Notes under the pieces: model-generated
Databases searched by the model: none
The model's input: only the letters and a program-made list of their open reading frames with translations
What the model was told of the DNA's origin: nothing
NCBI GenBank assembly: GCA_963677495.2
Contig: CAXXOU010000003.1
Span: forward strand, 64,001 to 128,000
DNA length: 64,000 bases
Reading direction: 5' to 3'
Source: Candidatus Cloacimonadales bacterium
Lineage (GTDB): Bacteria > Cloacimonadota > Cloacimonadia > Cloacimonadales > JAFGVF01
Shown here: one piece after another, positions 54,787 through 64,000 of the stretch
Numbering within the stretch: the stretch's first letter is position 1
Layout of the letters: each line of letters starts with the position of its first letter
Position numbers and translations under genes: made by a program

Positions 54787-54810
54787 AATATATTCAGGTT
54801 AACTAAGGGT

Positions 54811-55221
54811 TTATTCTTGAGTTAACTCTTCAGCTTTAATAGCATTATCGCCTGAAGTAGCAACTTCGCCTTCAACGAATTCGATGATAGACATTTCAGC
54901 GCAGTCACCTCTACGAGTACCGTTTTTATAGATACGGGTATAACCACCGTTTCTTTCGGTATAACGAGGCGCAATATCATCGAAAAGCTTTTTCACCAAA
55001 GCTCTGTCTTGCAGAACTTTGAAAGCCATTCTTCTGCTATGTACTGAATTCTTCTTACCATAAGTAACAAGACGTTCAACAAGAGATCTCATCTCTTTTG
55101 CACGAGCAGTAGTAGTATTGATTCTTTCATGGTCGATAATAGATTTAGCGAGATTGTGTAACATCGCTTTACGATGAGCAACTTCTCTACCAAATTTTCT
55201 TCCGGCTACACGATGTCTCAT
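54811..55221 (-). CDS. rplQ: 50S ribosomal protein L17
   Basis: MRHRVAGRKFGR, RNGGYTRI. Confidence 0.98.
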   Translation of the reverse strand: MRHRVAGRKFGREVAHRKAMLHNLAKSIIDHERINTTTARAKEMRSLVERLVTYGKKNSVHSRRMAFKVLQDRALVKKLFDDIAPRYTERNGGYTRIYKNGTRRGDCAEMSIIEFVEGEVATSGDNAIKAEELTQE

Positions 55222-55224
55222 TTT

Positions 55225-56244
55225 CTATACCTTCTTCTTTGTAATTACACGATTTTTTGCTTCTTCAATCTGTTGAAGCTTTTCATCGACATCCATACCG
55301 AGAGTAAGTTCGTACTTAACAAGCAGTTTAGAGATCTCATCAAGAGATTTCTTACCGAAGTTACGGTACTTGAGCATTTCAGCTTCAGTACGTCTTACGA
55401 GTTCTCCGATAGTATCGATTTTAGCAGCGGCTAAGCAGTTAGCAGAACGAACAGTAAGTTCGAGTTCTTTAACGCTCATATTGAGAAGTTTATCAAGACG
55501 TTCCAGTTCAGGATCCATCTGTACTTCTTCAATATACTCAGGTTCAACTTCGAAACGAGTCACTTTAGAATAAAGGTCTTTCAGAAGCTTAGCTGAGAGG
55601 AATAATGAATCACGTGGATCGATAGCACCATTAGTATGGACTTCCATAACCAGCTTATCAAAATTCATCTTTTCCTTAACACGCATGTGTTCAACACTGA
55701 AGTTAACTTTAGTGATAGGTGAATAGATGGAGTCAATCGGAATCACACCGATTGGTCTTTCTTCCATCTCCTGTTTGTCGGATGGTACATATCCTCTTCC
55801 GATTCCGACCCAGAGTTCCAGACGGAAGTCAACTTCCTCTGTAATCTCTAAGAGAACATGATCTTTGTTAAGAACTTCAAGTTCTGAAACTTCTTGGATA
55901 TCACCGGCAGTAACAACGCCGGGTCCTTTCTTTTCGAGAACCAAAGAAACTTCATTAATAGACTCAGTCTTAAAAACTAACTTCTTAAGACGAAGAATAA
56001 GATCAATGTAATCAGAATCAGTACCAGGAATTGGGGCGAATTCATGGAATAAGCCTTCAATCCTGACGAACCTTACTGCAGCGCCTTGAATAGAAGACAG
56101 AAGTACACGTCTCAGAGTGTTACCGATAGTAGTACCGTAACCAGGTTCAAGTGGTCCGATCTCAAACTTACCGTAAGTTGAGCTGTAGCTTTTCTTGTCA
56201 AATTCAACGCTCTCTGGCAGTTGAATGGGCTCAAGAAGCATCAT
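55225..56244 (-). CDS. rpoA: RNA polymerase alpha subunit
   Basis: PLEPGYGTTIGNTLRRVLLSS, LTVRSANCL, RNFGKKSL. Confidence 0.99.
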   Translation of the reverse strand: MMLLEPIQLPESVEFDKKSYSSTYGKFEIGPLEPGYGTTIGNTLRRVLLSSIQGAAVRFVRIEGLFHEFAPIPGTDSDYIDLILRLKKLVFKTESINEVSLVLEKKGPGVVTAGDIQEVSELEVLNKDHVLLEITEEVDFRLELWVGIGRGYVPSDKQEMEERPIGVIPIDSIYSPITKVNFSVEHMRVKEKMNFDKLVMEVHTNGAIDPRDSLFLSAKLLKDLYSKVTRFEVEPEYIEEVQMDPELERLDKLLNMSVKELELTVRSANCLAAAKIDTIGELVRRTEAEMLKYRNFGKKSLDEISKLLVKYELTLGMDVDEKLQQIEEAKNRVITKKKV

Positions 56245-56274
56245 AATTAAATACTCCTTTTTGTTTAAAGTTCA

Positions 56275-56898
56275 CTATTTGGAATAGAATTCAACGATTA
56301 AACGAACATCGACGTTAACCGGGATTTCATCCGCAGCCGGTACAGCTACGAATTCACCTTTAAATTTATCTTTCTCTACTGTTAACCATGAGTAAGGAGA
56401 AGTAAGAGATGTCATATCCATAGCATCAACGATAGCTGAGCAAGTACGACTCTTTTCTTTAATCTCAATTACATCACCAGGTTTAAGTAGGTAAGACGGG
56501 ATATCTACACGTTTTCCGTTTACAAGAACATGACCATGATTAACGAACTGTCTGGACTGCATACGAGTTACAGCAAATCCCATTCTATAAACAGTGTTAT
56601 CAAGTCTTCTTTCAAGAATCTGTAAAAGGTTTTCACCAGTTACACCGGCCATTTTCTCTGCTTTTGTATAATAATTAAAGAACTGCTTTTCCATCAGACA
56701 GTAAGTATATCTGAGTTTCTGCTTTTCTTTAAGATGAATACCGTAATCAGACATTTTTTTTCTGAAACGTTTGCCATTACCATGCTGTCCCGGAGCATAG
56801 TTTTTCTTCTGAAGGATACGATCGTATTTTGGTGTACCAAAAATGTTTTCACCAAACTTACGGCATATCTTAGCTTTAGGTCCTGTATATCTAGCCAT
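56275..56898 (-). CDS. rpsD: 30S ribosomal protein S4
   Basis: MARYTGP, LERRLDN, IVEFYSK. Confidence 0.99.
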   Translation of the reverse strand: MARYTGPKAKICRKFGENIFGTPKYDRILQKKNYAPGQHGNGKRFRKKMSDYGIHLKEKQKLRYTYCLMEKQFFNYYTKAEKMAGVTGENLLQILERRLDNTVYRMGFAVTRMQSRQFVNHGHVLVNGKRVDIPSYLLKPGDVIEIKEKSRTCSAIVDAMDMTSLTSPYSWLTVEKDKFKGEFVAVPAADEIPVNVDVRLIVEFYSK

Positions 56899-56911
56899 TT
56901 AACTTCCTCCG

Positions 56912-57301
56912 TTATATTCTTCTAGTCTTAGGCGGACGACAGCCATTGTGTGGAATCGGAGTTTCGTCATGGATAGCTGTAACCTGGATACCGGCTGCAT
57001 TGATAGCACGGATAGAAGATTCTCTACCGCCACCGGGGCCTCTTACGATTACTTGGACTTTTGCAATACCCATTTCCATTGCAGCCTTTGCCACTTCTTC
57101 AGCAGCTAACTGTGCAGCATATGGAGTACTCTTTTTTGAGCCTTTGTAACCAACTTTACCACCACTAGACCAGACAAGAGTATTACCGGCTTTGTCGGAA
57201 ATAGAAACAATGGTATTATTGAAGCTTGAATGAACGTGAGCTACACCTTCGTCAAAAGCAAGGCGTACACGTTTTTTCTTTACGCGTGTCTTCTTAGCCA
57301 T
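56912..57301 (-). CDS. rpsK: 30S ribosomal protein S11
   Basis: [19 protein letters not shown]. Confidence 0.99.
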   Translation of the reverse strand: MAKKTRVKKKRVRLAFDEGVAHVHSSFNNTIVSISDKAGNTLVWSSGGKVGYKGSKKSTPYAAQLAAEEVAKAAMEMGIAKVQVIVRGPGGGRESSIRAINAAGIQVTAIHDETPIPHNGCRPPKTRRI

Positions 57302-57309
57302 CTATTCTC

Positions 57310-57684
57310 CTATCTTTTCTTGTTTTTCTTAATAGAACCAGGTTTTGGTCCCTTACGAGTTCTAGCGTTAGTTTTAGTTCTCTGACCACGTACAGGGAGT
57401 CCCCTTTTATGACGTAAGCCTCTATAACTATTGATTTCCATAAGACGTTTGATGTCCATGGCGTTCTTGGTTCTTAATGAACCTTCAACTATATAATCAT
57501 TCTGAATGATATCTCTAAGTAATTTTTCTTCATCGAGTGTGAGATCTTTAACACGAGTACTCTCATCGATGTTAGCTTTACTAAGGATCTCCTCAGATGT
57601 AGTTCTGCCTATACCAAAAATATATGTAAGGCCGATAACTATTCTTTTATTCTTAGGTAACTCGATACCAGCGATATGTGCCAA
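57310..57684 (-). CDS. rpsM: 30S ribosomal protein S13
   Basis: [21 protein letters not shown] start. Confidence 0.99.
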   Translation of the reverse strand: MAHIAGIELPKNKRIVIGLTYIFGIGRTTSEEILSKANIDESTRVKDLTLDEEKLLRDIIQNDYIVEGSLRTKNAMDIKRLMEINSYRGLRHKRGLPVRGQRTKTNARTRKGPKPGSIKKNKKR

Positions 57685-57699
57685 GCTATTCCTCCTTAG

Positions 57700-57816
57700 T
57701 TAACCTTGTCGCTGCTTGTGTTTTGGGTTAGTTTTACAAATCACACGCACAACACCGTGTCTTTTTATGATCTTACAGTCTTTACATATCTTTTTTACAG
57801 ATGCTCTGACTTTCAT
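57700..57816 (-). CDS. rpmJ: 50S ribosomal protein L36 (not in the ORF track)
   Basis: Translates as [38 protein letters not shown]. Confidence 0.97.
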   Translation of the reverse strand: MKVRASVKKICKDCKIIKRHGVVRVICKTNPKHKQRQG

Positions 57817-57824
57817 TGTTGCTC

Positions 57825-58043
57825 CTATTTATAACGGTAAGTGATTCTACCTTTAGTTAAGTCATAAGGAGATAATTCTATCTTAACCTTATCACCCGGC
57901 AGAATACGAATTAAATGCATTCTCATCTTACCTGAGATATGAGCCAAAATAACATGGTCATTCTCTAACTTTACTTTAAAGGTGGTATTCGGTAACGATT
58001 CTATTACGGTACCTTCTACTTCAATTACACCGGATTTTGCCAT
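57825..58043 (-). CDS. infA: translation initiation factor IF-1
   Basis: [21 protein letters not shown]. Confidence 0.99.
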   Translation of the reverse strand: MAKSGVIEVEGTVIESLPNTTFKVKLENDHVILAHISGKMRMHLIRILPGDKVKIELSPYDLTKGRITYRYK

Positions 58044-58046
58044 TGT

Positions 58047-58805
58047 CTAACCTTTGTCTAAGATTTCTGGTTGTTCAGGTTTAATGAGGATTGAGTGCTC
58101 AAAATGAGCGGACAAAGAACCGTCCTTTGTGAAAAACTCCCAACCCTTTTCTACTACACGATTGGTTCCAATATTCACCATAGGTTCGATAGCTATTGTC
58201 ATCCCACTTTTAAGTCTAGCTCCACGACCGGGTTTACCAATGTTAGGAACTTGCGGATCTTCATGCAACTGAGCACCGATACCATGTCCGGTAAGATCAT
58301 CTGCAAGATAATATCCTTCTGATGTTACATAAGATTCAATAGCATGTGATATATCACCAACTCTGTTTCCTGGGATTGCATGTGCAACACCTAGGTCGAG
58401 AGCTCTTTCAGTAACTTCCATAAGCTTCAAAGCCTCTTCAGATACTGTGCCTACAGCAAAAGTTCTTGCTGCATCACCATAGTAACCTTCATAACAAGTT
58501 CCAACATCTATTCCGATTATATCTCCGTCTTTTAAGACTACTTCCTTGGATGGGATACCATGTACAATACCTGAATTAACAGATGTACATAGTGTTCCTG
58601 GAAATGGTCTAAGACCGGGAACTGTGTAACCTTTAAAAGCAGGTTTAGCTCCTCGTGATCGAATAAAATCTTCAGCCATACGATCAAGTTCGAGGGTAGA
58701 AATACCCGGTTTCACAAATTGTTTCAGTTCTTGAAACAGTGCGAATATGATCTCATTAGCAACACGCATCTTCTGGATACTTCTTTCAGATTTTATTCTA
58801 ATCAT
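58047..58805 (-). CDS. map: methionine aminopeptidase type I
   Basis: HGIP, GDAART, GHGIG..LHEDP, IEPM, SAHFEH. Confidence 0.97.
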   Translation of the reverse strand: MIRIKSERSIQKMRVANEIIFALFQELKQFVKPGISTLELDRMAEDFIRSRGAKPAFKGYTVPGLRPFPGTLCTSVNSGIVHGIPSKEVVLKDGDIIGIDVGTCYEGYYGDAARTFAVGTVSEEALKLMEVTERALDLGVAHAIPGNRVGDISHAIESYVTSEGYYLADDLTGHGIGAQLHEDPQVPNIGKPGRGARLKSGMTIAIEPMVNIGTNRVVEKGWEFFTKDGSLSAHFEHSILIKPEQPEILDKG

Positions 58806-58807
58806 CC

Positions 58808-60136
58808 TTAGCGACCTGTTCTTCCTCTTAGCTTACCTTTTTTCATGAATCCGTCGTAATGACGCATTACAAGGTGAGATTCAATCTGTTGTAATGTGTC
58901 TAAAGCCACACCAACAACAATGATAAGCCCTGTGCCACCGAAATTGAAGTCGACCTTACCCCATCTCACGAAGAAATCAGGCATGATTGCAACAATCGCG
59001 AAGAATATTGCGCCTGGAAGGGTAATTCTAACAATTACGTTATTTATATAGTCTGAAGTCTTCTTACCTGGTTTCTTACCTGGTATGAATCCTCCGTAGC
59101 GTTTCATGTTCTCCGCCATCTCTACAGGATTCAGCACGATAGCTGTGTAGAAGTATGCAAAGAAGACAATTAATGACACATACAAGAATGTGTAGAAAGC
59201 ATGTCCAGGTGATAACCAGTTAACAAGTCCTACCCAAAAAGCTGAGCCATTGTCTCCACCAGCAAACATAGCGATTGTTCTTGGGAACATAATCACTGAA
59301 TTAGCGAAGATAATAGGAATAACACCCGCTGAGTTCACACGAAGCGGGATATATGTGCTGTGTCCGCCGTACATCTTGCGACCGACGAAGCGTTTTGCGT
59401 ACTGAACCGGGATTTTACGAGTAGCTTCAGTAATCAGGATAACTGCCGCGGTTACTGCGACCATGAGTGCAACCATAATTAAAGCACGGATAATACTAAC
59501 TTCACCTAATCTAACATCTTGGAACAAGTTCCAGAAGCCAGCAGGATATCTGTCAATAATACCAGCAAAAATTATAAGAGAAATACCATTACCGATTCCA
59601 TTCTCAGTAATTTGTTCTCCAAGCCACATTATCATCATGGTTCCTGTTACCAGAGTCACCATTGTGGAGAGAATAAAGAATGCTCCACCTGCAGGTACAA
59701 CGTTTCCTGCTGTTGACTCAAGGTTTTGAAGAAAGAAAGCGATACTGATAGCATTGAAGCCACCAATAATAACCGTGCCATAACGGGTTAGCTGGTTAAT
59801 TTTTTTCTGTCCTTCAGCACCTTCTTTTCTGAGTTTCTCAAAATAAGGTACAATACTACCTAACAACTGGATTACAATAGATGTTGTAATGTATGGCATA
59901 ATACCTAGAGCAAAAACTGATGCTCTTTGGAAATTACCACCAACAAACAGATCATATAATCCGAATAATGTTTGGTCAGTTCCAGGATTCTGGAAGAAAG
60001 CTTTCAACGCTTCTACATTAACACCAGGGACTGGTATAAAACTACCAAGTCTATAAAGTACTAATATAAAGGTTGTGAATAGTATCTTCTTCCTTAAATC
60101 TGGAATTTTGAAGATATTAGCTATAGTCCTAAACAA
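58808..60136 (-). CDS. secY: preprotein translocase SecY
   Basis: ALGIMPYIT, GIGNGISLIIF, AGVIPIIFA, FGGTGLII. Confidence 0.99.
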   Translation of the reverse strand: MFRTIANIFKIPDLRKKILFTTFILVLYRLGSFIPVPGVNVEALKAFFQNPGTDQTLFGLYDLFVGGNFQRASVFALGIMPYITTSIVIQLLGSIVPYFEKLRKEGAEGQKKINQLTRYGTVIIGGFNAISIAFFLQNLESTAGNVVPAGGAFFILSTMVTLVTGTMMIMWLGEQITENGIGNGISLIIFAGIIDRYPAGFWNLFQDVRLGEVSIIRALIMVALMVAVTAAVILITEATRKIPVQYAKRFVGRKMYGGHSTYIPLRVNSAGVIPIIFANSVIMFPRTIAMFAGGDNGSAFWVGLVNWLSPGHAFYTFLYVSLIVFFAYFYTAIVLNPVEMAENMKRYGGFIPGKKPGKKTSDYINNVIVRITLPGAIFFAIVAIMPDFFVRWGKVDFNFGGTGLIIVVGVALDTLQQIESHLVMRHYDGFMKKGKLRGRTGR

Positions 60137-60137
60137 G

Positions 60138-60593
60138 TTAAACTACCTCCGCCTTACCACCGTTAGCCTCAATAAGCTTTTTAGCATTCTCAGAGAATGC
60201 GTTTGCTTTGATATTAACAGTCTGTTTAAATTCAGTATCAGTATTGGCGAGAATTTTAACCTTTGCTTTACCTTTCTTACCGCTGCAAGAGATGAGTCCT
60301 AACTCTTCCATTTTAGCGATATCTAAATCTGTTTCATTAAGAGCGACCAGTTGTGCAAGATTAACAATGCGGTATTCCACTCTGTTCCAGTTTTTAAAAC
60401 CACGTTTTGGGAGACGACGCTGAATCGGCATCTGTCCACCCTCAAACCAGATTGGAACTTTCCCGCCAGATCGGGATTTTTGACCTTTATGTCCTCTTCC
60501 AGCCTGATGTCCATAACCGGAAGCCTGTCCTTTACCAAGTCTTTTTTGTTTCTTTTTTACGTTTGGTCGCTTTATGCTATTAAGAGAATACAT
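60138..60593 (-). CDS. rplO: 50S ribosomal protein L15
   Basis: GRGHKGQKSRSG, FEGGQMP. Confidence 0.98.
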   Translation of the reverse strand: MYSLNSIKRPNVKKKQKRLGKGQASGYGHQAGRGHKGQKSRSGGKVPIWFEGGQMPIQRRLPKRGFKNWNRVEYRIVNLAQLVALNETDLDIAKMEELGLISCSGKKGKAKVKILANTDTEFKQTVNIKANAFSENAKKLIEANGGKAEVV

Positions 60594-60607
60594 TTTGCTC
60601 TCCTTTC

Positions 60608-60790
60608 TTATTCCGCAACCGGTTCGACTTTCAATAGATAAGATACCTTATCTATCATTCCGAGTATATTCGGAGTGTCTTCGTGAACACGTTGCTTCCC
60701 AATTCGACCTAAGCCCAAGGCTTCAAGAACTCTCTTATGAGTTTCTTTTCTGCCTATCGCACTCTTAACTTGTGTAACTTTTATCTTCAT
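60608..60790 (-). CDS. rpmD: 50S ribosomal protein L30
   Basis: [14 protein letters not shown]; synteny. Confidence 0.97.
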   Translation of the reverse strand: MKIKVTQVKSAIGRKETHKRVLEALGLGRIGKQRVHEDTPNILGMIDKVSYLLKVEPVAE

Positions 60791-61311
60791 TCTTCCTCCC
60801 CACCGGTGAGTTCGGCAACGGTTTTTCCTCTTAGTCTAGCGATATCGCTAATTGTCCTAAGATTCTTTAAACCGTCAACAACTGCTTTCACAACATTACC
60901 TGATGTGTTTGAGCCGAGTGACTTGCAAAGAATGTTTTCTATACCAACAGCTTCGAGAATTGAGCGAGCTGTACCACCGGCAATAATTCCTGTACCAGGA
61001 CGTGCTGGCTTAAGAAGTACGCGGCTTGCACCAAAGCGTCCAATAATCTCATGAGGGATTGTTCCATTAACAATCGGCACATTAAAGAGATTCTGATTAG
61101 CTTTGTCTTTAGCTTTGCTGATAGCATCAACAATCTCGTTTGCTTTACCTTTACCAACTCCAACTTTACCATCTTTGTCGCCAATAACAACAATAGCACT
61201 AAAACTGAAGTTTTTACCACCTTTAACAACTTTAGCAACACGCTTGGTGGATACAATCTTTTCTACGAAGATTGGTTCATTTTCGTTCTGGGCATTGAAT
61301 TCCTGTTTCAA
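60787..61311 (-). CDS. rpsE: 30S ribosomal protein S5
   Basis: [17 protein letters not shown]. Confidence 0.98.
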   Translation of the reverse strand: MKQEFNAQNENEPIFVEKIVSTKRVAKVVKGGKNFSFSAIVVIGDKDGKVGVGKGKANEIVDAISKAKDKANQNLFNVPIVNGTIPHEIIGRFGASRVLLKPARPGTGIIAGGTARSILEAVGIENILCKSLGSNTSGNVVKAVVDGLKNLRTISDIARLRGKTVAELTGGEEE

Positions 61312-61322
61312 TTCATCCTCCC

Positions 61323-61691
61323 TTAGAATTCCAGACCGGCTTTTCTGGCTCCATCAGCAAGAGCCTTCACGCGACCATGATACTTGTATCCGGAGCGATC
61401 GAAACTAACTTGTTTAATTCCGGCTGCAACGGCTTTTTCACCTAATTTAAGACCTACTTGGAAACTCATTTCAGTCTTCTTAGCCTTTTCTCCGCCAAAA
61501 TCTTTAGCGATATTAGACATAGACACAAGTGTCTTACCTGTAGTATCGTCTATAATCTGGGCATATATGTTATTAAGACTACGGTATACGGCTAATCTTG
61601 GTCTCGCTGGAGTACCACTGAGTTTTTTGCGTATCGCTAATCTTCTGCGATCCCTCATCTCTCTTCTGATTATGCATTTACTTTTTACCAT
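61323..61691 (-). CDS. rplR: 50S ribosomal protein L18
   Basis: [21 protein letters not shown]. Confidence 0.98.
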   Translation of the reverse strand: MVKSKCIIRREMRDRRRLAIRKKLSGTPARPRLAVYRSLNNIYAQIIDDTTGKTLVSMSNIAKDFGGEKAKKTEMSFQVGLKLGEKAVAAGIKQVSFDRSGYKYHGRVKALADGARKAGLEF

Positions 61692-61702
61692 TTTCTCTCC
61701 AA

Positions 61703-62269
61703 TTATGCGCCAGCTTTAACTGTTTTAATGGAAATATGCTCATCATGATAACGAACACCTTTACCTTTGTATACCTCTGGAGGTCTACATTTTCTGATTT
61801 CAGCTGCGAATTTACCAACATCTTCTTTATGGATTCCCTTTACAGTAATGATACTGTTGAGATCTTTAATAGAACCACCTCTACCAATCTGCTCAGTAGT
61901 GATAGTGATACCTTCCGGTATCTCCATTAAGATATCATGAGAATATCCTAAAGCAAGCTTTAACCATGGTCCTGTAACATCTGCATTGTATCCGGTTCCG
62001 ATTACCCATAAGATCTTCTGATATCCTTGGGTTACACCAATAACCATGTTATTGATGAGAGCTCTTGTTAAACCATGTAACGCTTTCTCTTCTCTTGAAT
62101 CATTCGCTCTACTTACGATAATTTCATTTTCTACGATTTCCACTGTGATAAGTGGATTAATCTGATAATCTAATCTGCCGAGTTTACCCTCAACAACAAT
62201 AAGTTTATTCTCAAGTGTAATCTTTACATCTTGTGGGATTGAAATGGGGGATTTTCCTATTCTTGACAT
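61703..62269 (-). CDS. rplF: 50S ribosomal protein L6
   Basis: MSRIGK start at 62269; [10 protein letters not shown]. Confidence 0.98.
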   Translation of the reverse strand: MSRIGKSPISIPQDVKITLENKLIVVEGKLGRLDYQINPLITVEIVENEIIVSRANDSREEKALHGLTRALINNMVIGVTQGYQKILWVIGTGYNADVTGPWLKLALGYSHDILMEIPEGITITTEQIGRGGSIKDLNSIITVKGIHKEDVGKFAAEIRKCRPPEVYKGKGVRYHDEHISIKTVKAGA

Positions 62270-62277
62270 TATTCCTC

Positions 62278-62688
62278 CTACCACACTTTACAAAGATATT
62301 CACCGCCAACTTTCTCTTTACGAGCTTGACGGTCAACCATGACACCATGGCTAGTTGAGATTATTGCTACGCCGGTATTATTGAAAACAGATGGCAGATT
62401 CTGTGAGTTAACATAAACACGTCTTCCAGGGGTTGATACTTTCTGAACACCAGTTAAAACTGGGTTTCCGGTATTAGTGTAACGCAAGTATAAGGTTACT
62501 GTCTTACGACTTTTTTTAATCTCCGGATTTCTCTCGTTGACCTGGTAGCTGTTGATGAAATTTTCTTCAGCTAAAATCTTTATAATGTTCTCAACCAAGT
62601 TGTTATGATTTACAACAACCTGTTTATGTCCGGCACGATATGCATTCCTGACTTTGGTTAATGCATCAGCTAACGGATCACTAATCAT
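62278..62688 (-). CDS. rpsH: 30S ribosomal protein S8
   Basis: DPLAD, STPGRRVY, GGEYLCKVW. Confidence 0.98.
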   Translation of the reverse strand: MISDPLADALTKVRNAYRAGHKQVVVNHNNLVENIIKILAEENFINSYQVNERNPEIKKSRKTVTLYLRYTNTGNPVLTGVQKVSTPGRRVYVNSQNLPSVFNNTGVAIISTSHGVMVDRQARKEKVGGEYLCKVW

Positions 62689-62707
62689 TATTCCTCCAAA
62701 TAATTCT

Positions 62708-62893
62708 TTACCAACTTGCTCTGGTTACGCCAGGAATCTGGCCCATAGCAGCATATTTACGGAAGCAGAGACGGCACATTCCAAAATCTCTCATATAAGC
62801 TCTTGGACGTCCGCACACCTTGCAACGATTGTACTTACGTACGCCGAATTTAGGATCTCTTGCTTGTTTTACTCTTAAAGCTTTCTTTGCCAA
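62708..62893 (-). CDS. rpsZ: 30S ribosomal protein S14 type Z (zinc-binding)
   Basis: RCKVCGR..MCRLCFR, 61 aa. Confidence 0.97.
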   Translation of the reverse strand: MAKKALRVKQARDPKFGVRKYNRCKVCGRPRAYMRDFGMCRLCFRKYAAMGQIPGVTRASW

Positions 62894-62904
62894 GCTTCAC
62901 TCCT

Positions 62905-63456
62905 TTATTTGCTTTCACTTTTTTTGAAAGGGAAGCCGAGATTGCGCAGAAGTTCTCTGCTCTCTTCATCCTTTCCAGCAGTGGTTACAATAGTAATGTT
63001 TAACCCGCGGACTGCATCGATTTTATCGAAATCAATCTCTGGGAAAACTGTCTGCTCTTTGATTCCTAAAGAATAACTCCCGCGTCCGTCAAAAGAATTC
63101 TCAGAATATCCTTTGAAGTCTCTGATGCGAGGCATTACTATCGAGATTAAACGATCATAGAACTCCCACATTACTTCGCCACGAAGTGTAACCTTACAAC
63201 CGATAGGCATACCTTCACGGAGCTTAAAGTTAGAAATAGACTTCTTAGCTTTAGTAATAATAGGTTTACGTCCTGTAATTGCAGTAAGATCTTTAACAGC
63301 ACTATCCAGCATTGCTTTATTCTGCGTTGCTTTACCAACACCCATACTTACAACAATCTTATCGAACTTAGGAACCATGTTCACATTTTTATAATTAAAA
63401 TGCTTCATGAGAGCAGGGATAACTTCGTCTCTGTATTTAACTTCTTTACGATTCAT
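62905..63456 (-). CDS. rplE: 50S ribosomal protein L5
   Basis: [21 protein letters not shown]. Confidence 0.99.
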   Translation of the reverse strand: MNRKEVKYRDEVIPALMKHFNYKNVNMVPKFDKIVVSMGVGKATQNKAMLDSAVKDLTAITGRKPIITKAKKSISNFKLREGMPIGCKVTLRGEVMWEFYDRLISIVMPRIRDFKGYSENSFDGRGSYSLGIKEQTVFPEIDFDKIDAVRGLNITIVTTAGKDEESRELLRNLGFPFKKSESK

Positions 63457-63465
63457 CTTTGCTCC

Positions 63466-63783
63466 TTATAACTCATCACCGGTCTTCTTACAGACTCTGA
63501 TTCTTTTGCCATCAGCGCCTTTTCTGAAACCGACCTTGGTTACGTCATTGATTTTTTCATTATAAATCATTACATTTGAAGCATCTATTGGAGCTTCCAT
63601 GTGAATGATTCCACCCTGTGGATTCTGCTGAGAAGGTTTAGCATGTTTTTTAATCATGTTTACTTTCTCAACAATCACTCTACCAGTTTTTGGAAAAGCT
63701 TTAAGAACTGTGCCTTTTACGCCTTTGTCATTACCGGAAAGAACAACTACGTTGTCACCTTTTTTTATTTTCATTTTACTCAT
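63466..63783 (-). CDS. rplX: 50S ribosomal protein L24
   Basis: [24 protein letters not shown]; start ATG at 63783. Confidence 0.97.
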   Translation of the reverse strand: MSKMKIKKGDNVVVLSGNDKGVKGTVLKAFPKTGRVIVEKVNMIKKHAKPSQQNPQGGIIHMEAPIDASNVMIYNEKINDVTKVGFRKGADGKRIRVCKKTGDEL

Positions 63784-63793
63784 TTCAAAACTC

Positions 63794-64000
63794 CTATAAC
63801 ACTTCTGGTGCAAGAGAAACGATTTTCATGAATTCATGTTCTCTTAATTCACGGGCTACAGGACCGAAGATACGGGTTCCTTTTGGTTCCATCTTTTCAT
63901 CAAGAATAACTGCTGCGTTATCCTGGAATCTAATATAAGAACCATCAGGTCTTCTGATCTCTTTAGCTGTTCTTACGATAACAGCTTTCTGAACGGTGCC
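63794..64000 (-). CDS. rplN: 50S ribosomal protein L14 (C-terminal part, truncated by window)
   Basis: Reverse complement encodes [38 protein letters not shown]. Confidence 0.97.
   Translation of the reverse strand, partial: GTVQKAVIVRTAKEIRRPDGSYIRFQDNAAVILDEKMEPKGTRIFGPVARELREHEFMKIVSLAPEVL

Overview
AT-rich bacterial chromosomal window. A Cloacimonadota or other FCB-group origin is inferred from several secreted proteins with YPNPF/FlgD-Ig C-terminal domains, GWxTD proteins and LptFG. Core genes are dnaE, pruA, a stand-alone fusA, a recJ-like gene, ligA, lptF/lptG and the distal spc-alpha ribosomal cluster (rplN to rplQ). There are two tRNAs (Arg-ACG, Val-GAC) and a cobalamin riboswitch heading a btuD-btuB-btuG-like operon. 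The accessory content comprises: a PD-(D/E)xK-like nuclease plus RNase J-like beta-CASP gene pair (candidate defence module); a SatD-HTH plus DUF3307 pair separated by two palindromic operator-like sites; four tandem outer-membrane barrel paralogs; a RAYT transposase with cognate REP/REPIN-like repeats; a 247-bp tandem hairpin array; an IS3 element with a -1 frameshift signal; and at least seven unexplained intergenic cassettes of 11-bp-phased repeats, most enclosed by inverted repeats. All calls come from reading the sequence by eye, with no database searches.
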